A DNA stretch of 64,000 bases from Chitinophagales bacterium (GTDB taxonomy: Bacteria > Bacteroidota > Bacteroidia > Chitinophagales > JAUHXS01), in the NCBI GenBank assembly GCA_965213575.1, contig CBDBZN010000006.1:1698-65697 (forward strand). Reading direction: 5' to 3'. The translations under genes were made by a program, and so were the position numbers. Numbering within the stretch: the stretch's first letter is position 1; each line of letters starts with the position of its first letter. This document shows, one piece after another, positions 1-9,174 of this stretch. Below the pieces are notes generated by a model, which worked only from the letters and a program-made list of their open reading frames with translations, was not told the origin of the DNA and searched no databases.

Positions 1-37
1 ATATCGATATTTGATACTTTTAATAAATATTCCATAG

Positions 38-1957
38 TTAATAAATTAAGTTAAGGTCTCTTTGATTTAAGATAGAGTCGTTGATAGTTGGTAGATAGGT
101 TGGCATGGAGGTAAGGCCACTTGTATCTGTAAGTGATTCCATAAATGCAACCAAGTGATTAACTTCTACATTAGTAAGATTAAGAGCATCAGACGGAAGT
201 GTTTGATTATTTACATCTATTCCTCTGCCAGTGCCCCCACCGTCATTATAAAATCGAACTACTTCTTCTAAAGTATGATAAATACCATTATGCATGAAAG
301 GTGCAGTTAATGCAATATTTCTGATCGTAGGTGTTTTGAATGATCCCTTTAAAAATTCATGATGGAAGACCTCAAACTTACCCAAGTCAGTATCTAGCTT
401 TGTTGAATCATCTAATGATGGCACTCCTAAAACCTCAGTATCGGTATCATGGTAATTTGGTGGAATAGTTCCATTGAATACAGGAGGAAAATGACAAGTA
501 CCGCAACCTGCTTTTCCCATAAATAAGCTAAATCCATTTTGTATGGAATAATCTATTGATGCTAGTTCTTTTCTCATATATTGATCAAAAGGACTATTAA
601 ACGCCACTAAACTTCGGATGTAATTAGCTATTGATTTAGTAAAAGTGTTAACATTAATTAAATAATCTTCTGAAACACCAGGATAAGCTTTTTTGAATAA
701 ATGCATATACTCATCACTATTTTTTAATTTATTTAATATTTCTACATAATTGGTATTGAACTCTTCATGACTATTCACTACATGTGCCACTTGTTGTTCT
801 AACTGTTCAGACCGACCATCTAAAAAATAAGAATTTTGAAAAACTGCATTGATAAGTGTTGGTGAATTTCTTCTTAACACACCTGATTGATTGAATCCTT
901 TGCTTTTAGCTACACCATCTGTAAAGGCAAGTTTAGGATTATGGCATGATGCACAAGATCTGCCATTATCACTCGATAAAATTGGATCAAAAAACAGCAT
1001 TTTACCTAATATAACAGAGGCAGAGTTTTTTTCTTCAGTAAGCAACTTATTAAAGGCAAGTGGATTTAAAAAATCTTGATCAAATAGTGACGTAGCATGA
1101 TAATTAACTTTTCTGTTTTGATCACTTATTTGATCAAAAGTTTCAATGTTAAGTACTTTATGTATGAGATATACTTGTTTATATAACGGGTCTGAGAGCT
1201 CTCTAATAAAATAAGTTCGATTAAATGTTTCAAAATCATTGTTTTCGTTTAGATAGTCAAGTGTGGTTTTAAATAATTGATGACTTGATTTATACAGTTT
1301 TTTATCCCTTTCTTTTACTTTTTTCAAATAGGGGATTAAAGTTTGATAAACACTTTCTAAGGCTGCATAAGCTTCTGGAACAGCATAACTAAGTATTGGA
1401 GAATCAAATCCGCTAATGCCTAGAGTTTCTATGCGAAGGATTTCTTCTCGGCAAGCCTCAAAAATATGTCTATCCTGAAGATTTATTTTTTTCGTTTCGT
1501 TTAAAAGCGATTGCATTCTTTTACTAAGTATATATAGCTGTCTGGAAACTTGTTTATAATTATCTGGATTACTTTCTGCGAAAAGTAACTCTTCTATTAT
1601 TTGCATACCTTGAGGATTTAATACTTCCCCTGCACTTTCTTCTCCATATAATCCTAATAAATTAGGTCCATTTATTTTCTTTTCACTTGATGAAAAATAA
1701 TAGCCAATGAAGAGCTCAATACGTTTATATGCTTTTCTCAATATTTTAAATTGATCTAATAATTCAGCATTGCTAGATTGGTTGTCCACTAGTTTTTTCA
1801 AATAAATAATTTCTTCATTGAAGATGGTCAAATGCTTTATAAAAGATGACTTTAAGTCAGAAGATATGCCATTTTTCACAGGCTTACTACTAATCACAAT
1901 AAGTATAGATATGAAAGAAAAAAAAGTAATGAAGTAAAGTTTATATCTTTTGATCAT
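38..1957 (-). CDS. di-haem cytochrome c peroxidase (CCP/MauG family) with a long N-terminal extension
   Basis: 639-aa ORF. Two CxxCH haem-c motifs (CASCH and CGTCH) lie in the C-terminal ~340 aa, in the arrangement typical of bacterial di-haem peroxidases. N-terminal hydrophobic signal-like segment. The first ~300 aa are helical-looking and of unknown function. Confidence 0.8.
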   Translation of the reverse strand: MIKRYKLYFITFFSFISILIVISSKPVKNGISSDLKSSFIKHLTIFNEEIIYLKKLVDNQSSNAELLDQFKILRKAYKRIELFIGYYFSSSEKKINGPNLLGLYGEESAGEVLNPQGMQIIEELLFAESNPDNYKQVSRQLYILSKRMQSLLNETKKINLQDRHIFEACREEILRIETLGISGFDSPILSYAVPEAYAALESVYQTLIPYLKKVKERDKKLYKSSHQLFKTTLDYLNENNDFETFNRTYFIRELSDPLYKQVYLIHKVLNIETFDQISDQNRKVNYHATSLFDQDFLNPLAFNKLLTEEKNSASVILGKMLFFDPILSSDNGRSCASCHNPKLAFTDGVAKSKGFNQSGVLRRNSPTLINAVFQNSYFLDGRSEQLEQQVAHVVNSHEEFNTNYVEILNKLKNSDEYMHLFKKAYPGVSEDYLINVNTFTKSIANYIRSLVAFNSPFDQYMRKELASIDYSIQNGFSLFMGKAGCGTCHFPPVFNGTIPPNYHDTDTEVLGVPSLDDSTKLDTDLGKFEVFHHEFLKGSFKTPTIRNIALTAPFMHNGIYHTLEEVVRFYNDGGGTGRGIDVNNQTLPSDALNLTNVEVNHLVAFMESLTDTSGLTSMPTYLPTINDSILNQRDLNLIY

Positions 1958-1975
1958 AATTTTAGGATTAAAATT

Positions 1976-2022
1976 TTAGAAGGAAAGAAACATTGTAGGA
2001 TTTCCTACAATGCTCCTTCTAA
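1976..2022 (-). terminator. nested inverted-repeat hairpin downstream of the 2049..3899 gene (possible terminator)
   Basis: TTAGAAGGA...CATTGTAGGA-tt-TCCTACAATG...TCCTTCTAA: outer 9-bp and inner 10-bp perfect arms, about 25 nt after the stop of the minus-strand gene. Followed on the minus strand by an A/T-rich tract but no clean U-run. Confidence 0.35.
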
Positions 2023-2048
2023 GAATTAATTAATAAAATATCAATTAC

Positions 2049-3899
2049 TTACTCAATTACCAGCTTTCTTACTTCCCCATCTAAGTTTTGGATTAAATAC
2101 TGACCACTAGCCAAAGTAGAAATATCAACTTTGTTTTTATTTCTAGAAACCAGCACCTTTTGACCTGTGATATTGTAAATCGCTATATCCATAGCTTTAT
2201 TTAGGTGAAGCTCTCTACTTGCAGGATTAGGATAGATAGAAAAGTTATTTTCTTCTACTTCTTCTTTAATTGAAGTTGTATTGTTTCCCGAAGTATCTAC
2301 ATCTTCTTCCGCTTGCTTCAATAGTTCCATGTAGTTACTAACCGCAATTGTCATAGAATGATTGAATGGAGATGGATTACTAGATGAAGGATGTTGAAGA
2401 TTTACAAAGTAAGTACTTCCGTCAGGAGTGAACCTTCCACCTGTTGTTTCACAACCTTTTGGACCGATCAGGAATCTATGTAAATCTTTTACTGTGGGAT
2501 TTTCAATATCTAAATCTAAATAATAAATTTCATTAGCTCTACTCCCAAAATGATCCGGAGACATCCCAAAATCAGTATTGTTTAAATCCTCGTTAATAAA
2601 AAGATAGGTTTTGTCTTTCTTTGCCACCTCATCATAAAAGGACATGTGCGTTAATCCATCAGGACTTGATAAGTGATTCCCTGAAACATCAGCTCCGGAA
2701 TCTTCTCCACCACCTTCTAAAAATGGACTAAGTGTATTATTAACAGGATCAAATACGACTATTCTACCATATTTCGAATCCACTAACGAATCTACTGTGC
2801 CATCGGCAGCATCAATGTCTTTCCAGTAGTTAGAAAATGTACCTCCTTTAAGTGCTTCCTTATACATTTTATCAGATTGTGCATCTCCTCTACCAGTTTC
2901 TGTCATATACACTTTTCCATTAACAACATCAACCCATTCTCCACGCATAATCATAGTACCACCCCAAGCTCTTGCAGAGTCAGTAGCATACATTGTTTCC
3001 ATTAAATTATCTGAATCAAAAGCCAACCATTCTCCTCCGACACCATTTTCGTTCTGTTTATACACATATAAAGTTCCTTCACTAAAATCTCTTGCTTCTT
3101 CTGCAACAAACTTATAGAAGTAACCCGGACTTTGGTCATCTGATAAATAAACAGTTTTTTCATCCTCAGCAATCGCACCACCTTCATGAGCAAAACGGCC
3201 CATATTGTAGTTTTTTCTAACTGCTTTAGCAGCCATAGGGTCTACTTCTACCATCCAGTTAAAATTGGTATATTTTTTAATCGGAGCACCGGTATAAGGT
3301 TTACCATTTACTGAATCAGGTGTGAAATCACTAGTATCAGTTATACCATCTCCACCATCGTAAATGTGCGAATTGGAAACCCTCATCCATTCTTCGGCCG
3401 TAAACACCCTTCCCCAGCTAGTTTGAATACCACCGCAGTTGGCCAAGGTGCCACCAACTCCTGAAAAGTCAACATTATTATAAATATATCCATTATCACC
3501 TTTAACAGCTTGCCATACACCAGTTTGACTGTTTTTCTCTACTTTGAAAACAGTCATCCCTCCTCCATCTCCTAAAACAGGATCAGCTTGAAGTCGCTCG
3601 TGATTTACGATAACGTAACCGGAATCACTGCTCCCGTTTAAAGAAATAAAGCCGGTAAAGTCATGCCATTCTTTTGCTGCAACCGTAGTATCTAATGTGG
3701 CATCATATACCTGAGCATCTCCTCCAACAAATAAAATATCGTATTTTACCGGAGAAGGGGGTACCACAACGGTTAACGGTTCATCAAAGCCTGCATCATA
3801 AATATCCACGTTTAATTCGGGGAAATCTTCTTGAGCCGATACAGAAAGGTTCAGTAGCACACATGCTACCATTATTTTTTTAAAGTAATTATACATCAT
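2049..3899 (-). CDS. secreted DUF839/PhoX-like beta-propeller protein with T9SS type A C-terminal sorting domain
   Basis: 616-aa ORF with signal peptide. GCETTGGRFTPDGSTYFVNLQHP resembles the conserved PhoX/DUF839 C-terminal motif. The last ~80 aa (FSIYPNPASRELHLN...KLVIE) fit the Por_Secre_tail pattern. Family assignment is by recollection only. Confidence 0.6.
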   Translation of the reverse strand: MMYNYFKKIMVACVLLNLSVSAQEDFPELNVDIYDAGFDEPLTVVVPPSPVKYDILFVGGDAQVYDATLDTTVAAKEWHDFTGFISLNGSSDSGYVIVNHERLQADPVLGDGGGMTVFKVEKNSQTGVWQAVKGDNGYIYNNVDFSGVGGTLANCGGIQTSWGRVFTAEEWMRVSNSHIYDGGDGITDTSDFTPDSVNGKPYTGAPIKKYTNFNWMVEVDPMAAKAVRKNYNMGRFAHEGGAIAEDEKTVYLSDDQSPGYFYKFVAEEARDFSEGTLYVYKQNENGVGGEWLAFDSDNLMETMYATDSARAWGGTMIMRGEWVDVVNGKVYMTETGRGDAQSDKMYKEALKGGTFSNYWKDIDAADGTVDSLVDSKYGRIVVFDPVNNTLSPFLEGGGEDSGADVSGNHLSSPDGLTHMSFYDEVAKKDKTYLFINEDLNNTDFGMSPDHFGSRANEIYYLDLDIENPTVKDLHRFLIGPKGCETTGGRFTPDGSTYFVNLQHPSSSNPSPFNHSMTIAVSNYMELLKQAEEDVDTSGNNTTSIKEEVEENNFSIYPNPASRELHLNKAMDIAIYNITGQKVLVSRNKNKVDISTLASGQYLIQNLDGEVRKLVIE

Positions 3900-4150
3900 G
3901 GGTTCAATTAATTTGTAGTGTTAAGAATCACTGCAAACTTAAACTCTGAATGTTATTGCAAAATTATGGGAGTTATAATTGGGCTTTAGAAAATTGTTAA
4001 TGAGATGTTACCGGAAATTACTAATGTGAATCTTTTGTAAAGAGAAAATTCTTTTAATATTAAGATTTTTACATAAAAACTACCTGAAAAGTATAAATAC
4101 CAGTTACAATCTAATTAGATGTAATCAGTTTAATTAAGATGCTGAAGTAA

Positions 4151-4747
4151 TTATCTTGTCGGTAAATGCTCTTCGATAAAACCTAATATTTCATCTTTAC
4201 CTTTGTTTATTTTGGAAGAAGTGATAAATCCTTGTGGCAGCGTTTCCCATGAAATCGATAATACCTCTACAAAACGATTGTAATTCTTCTTAATTTCTTG
4301 AGGTTTAAGCTTATCAGCTTTAGTAAAAACAAGTACGAAAGGAATGGATTTTTCGCCTAACCAACTAATAAAACTCATGTCAATAGCTTGTGGAGGCAAC
4401 CGCAGGTCGATCAGCACAAATACTACTACTAAAGTGGTTCTTTGCACTAAATACTCTTCAATCAATTCGCCAAATTCATGTCGCTGCACTTTAGAGACTT
4501 TAGCAAACCCATAACCCGGCAAATCCACTAAATACCAAGAGTCATCAATAGTAAAATGGTTGATCGCTTGGGTCTTACCCGGTGTGTTAGATACTTTAGC
4601 TAAAGATTTTCTATTGGTGAGCATGTTGATGAGCGATGACTTTCCTACATTTGACCGTCCAATAAAAGCAAATTCCGGCAACTGAGTTTCCGGACATTGC
4701 CCGATATTCATACTACTTTTTAGAAAATTTGCTTCACGTATTTGCAT
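4151..4747 (-). CDS. engB: ribosome biogenesis GTP-binding protein EngB/YsxC
   Basis: 198 aa. G1 motif GRSNVGKSS, then TPGKTQ and DLPGYG motifs and the TKADK G4 motif, as in YihA/EngB. Confidence 0.85.
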   Translation of the reverse strand: MQIREANFLKSSMNIGQCPETQLPEFAFIGRSNVGKSSLINMLTNRKSLAKVSNTPGKTQAINHFTIDDSWYLVDLPGYGFAKVSKVQRHEFGELIEEYLVQRTTLVVVFVLIDLRLPPQAIDMSFISWLGEKSIPFVLVFTKADKLKPQEIKKNYNRFVEVLSISWETLPQGFITSSKINKGKDEILGFIEEHLPTR

Positions 4748-4872
4748 AACGATAAAATTAAGCTAAAATGTAGAGCAAGCTTAATAAATGAGCTAATATT
4801 TTGGCTTCTTTATATCATTCTTTCTTTTCAATCTTAAATCTGTAATCTCTAAATCTGCAATCATATTATCCC

Positions 4873-4880
4873 TATCTTTG
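4873..4880 (+). promoter_or_regulatory. candidate Bacteroidota -7 promoter box (TAnnTTTG) for ubiE
   Basis: TATCTTTG matches the TAnnTTTG consensus and ends 7 nt before the ATG at 4888, which would imply a very short or absent leader. Position only, no transcript data. Confidence 0.3.
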
Positions 4881-4887
4881 CATCATC

Positions 4888-5622
4888 ATGAGTGAAACGG
4901 TTTTACCATATAAAGACAAGGAGCTTGCAAAGAAGCAGCAAGTAGAGATCATGTTTGACAACATTGCTCCTCAATATGATTTTCTAAATAGAATGCTATC
5001 TGCCGGCATTGATACATTATGGAGAAAGAAGGTAGTAAAGCTACTAAAGAAACATCAGCCTAAAAAAATATTGGATATGGCAACCGGGACTGGCGATCTT
5101 GCAATAGAATTATTAAAGCTGCATCCGGAAAAAATTATTGGCATAGATCTGTCTGCTAATATGTTGGCAAGAGGAAAAGCTAAAATAGAAAAACTAAAAG
5201 TAGGAGATCAGATTGAATTAATACAGGGAGATGCAGAAAAGATTGATTTTAAAGACAATACATTTGATGCTATTACCGTTGCTTTTGGTGTAAGAAACTA
5301 TGAAAATTTAGAAAAAGGCTTACAAGAAATGCAACGCGTATTAAAGCCCGGCGGTAAATTGATGATATTAGAGTTTTCTAAGCCTAAGAAATTCCCGATG
5401 AAGCAACTCTTCAACTTCTATTTTAAAAATATTCTTCCACTAATAGGGAGGATGATCTCAAAAGATCAAAGAGCTTACACTTATTTGCCCGAATCGGTCA
5501 TTGCTTTTCCGGAAGGACAAGACTTTATGAAAAAACTGGAAATTACCGGCTATCAACCGGAGAAATATTACTCTTTAACAGCCGGAATATGCTCATTATA
5601 CGTAGCGTCCAAACTTTCTTAA
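4888..5622 (+). CDS. ubiE: demethylmenaquinone/ubiquinone C-methyltransferase UbiE/MenG
   Basis: 244 aa. N-terminal VxxMFDxIAPxYDxxN motif, SAM-binding DMATGTGD, and the characteristic RNxxxxxxxLxEMxRVLKPGG block. Confidence 0.85.
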   Translation: MSETVLPYKDKELAKKQQVEIMFDNIAPQYDFLNRMLSAGIDTLWRKKVVKLLKKHQPKKILDMATGTGDLAIELLKLHPEKIIGIDLSANMLARGKAKIEKLKVGDQIELIQGDAEKIDFKDNTFDAITVAFGVRNYENLEKGLQEMQRVLKPGGKLMILEFSKPKKFPMKQLFNFYFKNILPLIGRMISKDQRAYTYLPESVIAFPEGQDFMKKLEITGYQPEKYYSLTAGICSLYVASKLS

Positions 5623-6320
5623 TTCTCTTTATATCATTGATCGCTGTAGAAGGAGCATCTGCACAGATCAATATGCATGAAAATGAGCGTGTTTATAAAC
5701 TAAATTTTGGTTTTACTGTCGGCATCAATTCTAGTAATTTTAGAATTAAAAGAAGTGAAAACTTTGTACAAGATGATAATCTATTGGTTGTAGAAACTGA
5801 TCAGGGGCCGGGGTTTAATGTTGGCATCATTTCTGATTTAACTATTGATGAACACTGGAGTTTGCGATTTATCCCCGCTTTATCTTTTGCAGATAGAGGC
5901 ATTGATTATATTTTTTGCGATTCAATGGATAATAATATGAATTGCCTAACTACTACCTTAAGTACGCAACCCATCGAATCTATTTTCACCACTTTCCCCC
6001 TATTGCTTAAGTTTAGTTCAGATAGATTAAAAAATAATAAAGTATATCTAATTGGCGGATTTAGATATACTTATGATTGGGCTTCTAACTCAGAAGCTCG
6101 CTTAGATGAAGAAGTGGTTAAAATCACCAAAAGTGATTTTAGTTTAGAATATGGCGCCGGGTTAGATATATTCTTACCGATGGCCAAAATAGCTTTTGAA
6201 ATAAAAGCTTCTTATGGATTAAAAAATATCTTAGTCCCGAGTGATGCTTTCATTTTTTCTAATGCTTTAGATAGGCTAAACAGTAGGTCAATATTGTTTT
6301 CGATACATATTGGAGGGTAA
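5589..6320 (+). CDS. outer-membrane beta-barrel protein, PorT/OMP_b-brl_2-like
   Basis: 243 aa. Signal peptide ending ...EGASAQ and alternating beta-strand-like pattern. Its size and position directly after ubiE recall PorT/SprT-type barrels of Bacteroidota. Not verified by search. Confidence 0.5.
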   Translation: MLIIRSVQTFLILFISLIAVEGASAQINMHENERVYKLNFGFTVGINSSNFRIKRSENFVQDDNLLVVETDQGPGFNVGIISDLTIDEHWSLRFIPALSFADRGIDYIFCDSMDNNMNCLTTTLSTQPIESIFTTFPLLLKFSSDRLKNNKVYLIGGFRYTYDWASNSEARLDEEVVKITKSDFSLEYGAGLDIFLPMAKIAFEIKASYGLKNILVPSDAFIFSNALDRLNSRSILFSIHIGG

Positions 6321-6429
6321 ATTCTGAATTGATGATTATTAGTTTATAATTCTAAAATTAGAATACTGCTTTATTAGTAAATCATACAAATTAGAACGAT
6401 ATCGTTATAGCCATCTTACCTTTTTATAC

Positions 6430-8058
6430 TTAGCTGATTAAATATTTTCCTACTATCGGCATTCGCCTGCCCATACCAAAAGCTTTTGGTGAAACACGAA
6501 TAACCGGAGAAACCTGATAGCGTTTCCATTCATTTAAATTAACCATTTTTAGAATACGGTCTACTAATTTCTTTTCAAACCCTTGAGCAATAATTTCTTT
6601 AGGGCCTTTATTTAATTCAATGTATTGATGCAAGACTTTATCTAGAAGATCGTAATCCGGTAAAGTGTCGCTATCTTTTTGATCCGGCTTTAACTCTGCT
6701 GATGGTGGTTTAGTAATGATGTGCTGTGGTATGATTTTTTCATTTCGATTAATATATTCCGCAAGTTTATAAACTTCTGTCTTGTACACATCTCCCAACA
6801 CGCTGATACCTCCCGCCAAATCACCATACAACGTACCATAGCCAACAGCTCGCTCACTTTTATTAGATGTATTTAGTAATATGAAATTAAACTTATTAGC
6901 AAATGCCATCAACAAATTGCTCCTAACTCTTGCCTGAATATTTTCCTCCGTTAAGCCAACTGAAGTTCCATGAAAATACGATTGAAGCTCTTCATAATAT
7001 TTATCGACTAATGATTGGATATTAATTTGCTCATAATTCACATTTATATTTTCACATAACTCAATAGAATCATCAACCGAGTGGCCGCTTGAAAATTTAG
7101 ACGGTAATAATAGTGCTTTTACATTTTCTGCACCCAATACTTCAGCTGCTAATACCAAAGTCACTGCTGAATCAATCCCGCCGGAAAGCCCTACTATTGC
7201 TTTTTTAAATCCTAATTTTTCAAAATAATCCTTAATTCCAAGCTTTAATGCATCATTAATTAAAGCAGTTTTACCGGGAACCTCTGTAAGTTTTTTTAAT
7301 TCAGATAATTTTTCAATATTAATAACATCTAAGGATTCTTTAAAAAATACCGATCGGTGCTTGACCTCTCCTTCGGCATTCACAACCATTGATCCTCCAT
7401 CAAATACTATATCAGTATGCGCTCCAACATGATTCACATAAACAATCGGAATATTATATTTATTAGCATTCACATTTAAAACACTCAATCGGTCGATATA
7501 ATGATTATAATCGAATGGAGAAGCAGAAATATTAATGGCAAAATCTATCTTTTGTTTACTGAGTTCTTGTAAAGGCGAAATATGATATAAACCATCTATA
7601 TCCCAAATGTCTTCACATATGGTTATGCCAATCTTTTTTCCTTTATATATAACAGGCTCAAATATTGAATTTGTTTCAAAATATCTAGTTTCATCAAAAA
7701 TATCGTAATTAGGCAGTAGCGTTTTATGGGCGACTTGCTGAACTTTTTGATCGAATAAAAAATAAGCGCTATTCAAAAGCCTTTTTCCGTTTTGTACCGG
7801 ATTTTTGGAAGGCGCTCCAACAATTGCTGCAATCCCATCACATTCATTAGCCAGCAGAGAAATATATTTTTCACATTGATCAATAAAATCTGCAAAAAGC
7901 AAAAAATCTGCAGGCGGATATCCGCATATGGCAAGCTCCGGAAAAACAATTAAATCAGCTTGTTGTGCTTTTGCTTCATCAATAGCACGCTTCATCTTTT
8001 GATAATTAGATGCAAAATCTCCAATAATGTAGTTCTGTTGAGCTAAAACAATTTTCAT
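6430..8058 (-). CDS. nadE: glutamine-dependent NAD+ synthetase NadE
   Basis: 542 aa. N-terminal nitrilase-like (CN hydrolase) domain plus a C-terminal NAD synthetase domain with the SGGIDS PP-loop. Confidence 0.85.
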   Translation of the reverse strand: MKIVLAQQNYIIGDFASNYQKMKRAIDEAKAQQADLIVFPELAICGYPPADFLLFADFIDQCEKYISLLANECDGIAAIVGAPSKNPVQNGKRLLNSAYFLFDQKVQQVAHKTLLPNYDIFDETRYFETNSIFEPVIYKGKKIGITICEDIWDIDGLYHISPLQELSKQKIDFAINISASPFDYNHYIDRLSVLNVNANKYNIPIVYVNHVGAHTDIVFDGGSMVVNAEGEVKHRSVFFKESLDVINIEKLSELKKLTEVPGKTALINDALKLGIKDYFEKLGFKKAIVGLSGGIDSAVTLVLAAEVLGAENVKALLLPSKFSSGHSVDDSIELCENINVNYEQINIQSLVDKYYEELQSYFHGTSVGLTEENIQARVRSNLLMAFANKFNFILLNTSNKSERAVGYGTLYGDLAGGISVLGDVYKTEVYKLAEYINRNEKIIPQHIITKPPSAELKPDQKDSDTLPDYDLLDKVLHQYIELNKGPKEIIAQGFEKKLVDRILKMVNLNEWKRYQVSPVIRVSPKAFGMGRRMPIVGKYLIS

Positions 8059-8280
8059 TTAAAATAGACTTTTACGTCGATTATAAAATTCCGAATTACC
8101 TTATAAATGTATTTGAATATTACCTCAGATTTAGTTATTTGGTAAGATGAAGACACTTATTAAAATCTTTAATCAAGTAATTGCCAGCAAATTTATACTT
8201 TTATATTTAAGAGAACGAATAATAGATTTTCTGAACGCAAAAAATTAAAAATTATTTATTTAATCTGCTAATATCCTCGC

Positions 8281-9174
8281 GTGCATCACTCTAAGCTAAA
8301 AATTGTTTTTGTAATTAATCCTAATGCCGGTTTTAGGAGAACGCAAAAATTATCTGAACTTATCTATAAAAACATCGATACGAATAAAGCGGATGTTTCT
8401 ATTGTACAGGAAAACAACCTTGAAGCAACTAATGCTGCGATTGATAAAGCGATTAATGATAAAGTAGATATTTTGGCAGCTGTAGGAGGAGATGGCACCG
8501 TCAATCACATTGGCCAAAAGTTAATTGGCACACATACTGCCTTAGCAATTATACCAAGAGGGTCTGGAAATGGCTTGGCCAGGCATTTGAACATCCCGCT
8601 TAATACTGCTAAAGCTATTCGGTTACTTAACAATATTAAAATTGAGTCGATTGATGTTGGAATGTTAAATCAACAACCATTTTTTTGTGCTGCAGGTACC
8701 GGGTTTGATGCAGAAGTTATCCAACACTTTCACCATCAAAAAGTAAGGGGGTTTTTATCGTACCTTAAATTGTCTGCTATACAATACTTGCGCTACAAGC
8801 CGCTAAAACATAAAGTATTTATCGATGGTGAAGAGTTAGAAAATAAATGCTTTCTGATTAGTATCGCCAATGGAAGCCAATTGGGAAATAATGCTTACAT
8901 AGCTCCTATCGCTGATGTACAAGATGGGCTGCTGGATGTGATCATATTAAAAGCATTCCCTTTATATCAAGCACCATCACTTTTTATCAAACTATTCAAT
9001 AAAACTTTACATCATTCAAAATATGTAGAGCATTATCAAGTGAAATCATTAACAATTATCCGAGAAGATGAGTTGCCCATTCATTATGATGGAGAACCTG
9101 CTTTGATGCCTCAAGAATTAGTAGTAAGTATGTTGCCTAAAGCGCTGAAAGTAGCAGTAGAGAGAACTATTTAA
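8281..9174 (+). CDS. diacylglycerol/lipid kinase family protein (YegS/BmrU-like)
   Basis: 297 aa, GTG start. GGDGTVN motif and the overall DAGK catalytic-domain pattern. Confidence 0.75.
   Translation: MHHSKLKIVFVINPNAGFRRTQKLSELIYKNIDTNKADVSIVQENNLEATNAAIDKAINDKVDILAAVGGDGTVNHIGQKLIGTHTALAIIPRGSGNGLARHLNIPLNTAKAIRLLNNIKIESIDVGMLNQQPFFCAAGTGFDAEVIQHFHHQKVRGFLSYLKLSAIQYLRYKPLKHKVFIDGEELENKCFLISIANGSQLGNNAYIAPIADVQDGLLDVIILKAFPLYQAPSLFIKLFNKTLHHSKYVEHYQVKSLTIIREDELPIHYDGEPALMPQELVVSMLPKALKVAVERTI

Noticed and set aside
891-1079. Many 60-130-aa ORFs in the track lie antisense to or inside long genes. Examples are 891..1079, 3002..3193, 3695..3883, 9202..9402, 13785..14021, 17274..17582, 20544..20936, 23419..23772, 30581..30856, 34211..34492, 37077..37358, 52408..52626, 56051..56242, 61818..62024 and 63348..63560.
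   Set aside because: Each is fully embedded in a longer ORF with clear family motifs on the other strand or frame. They have low-complexity or hydrophobic composition typical of antisense reading of AT-rich genes.
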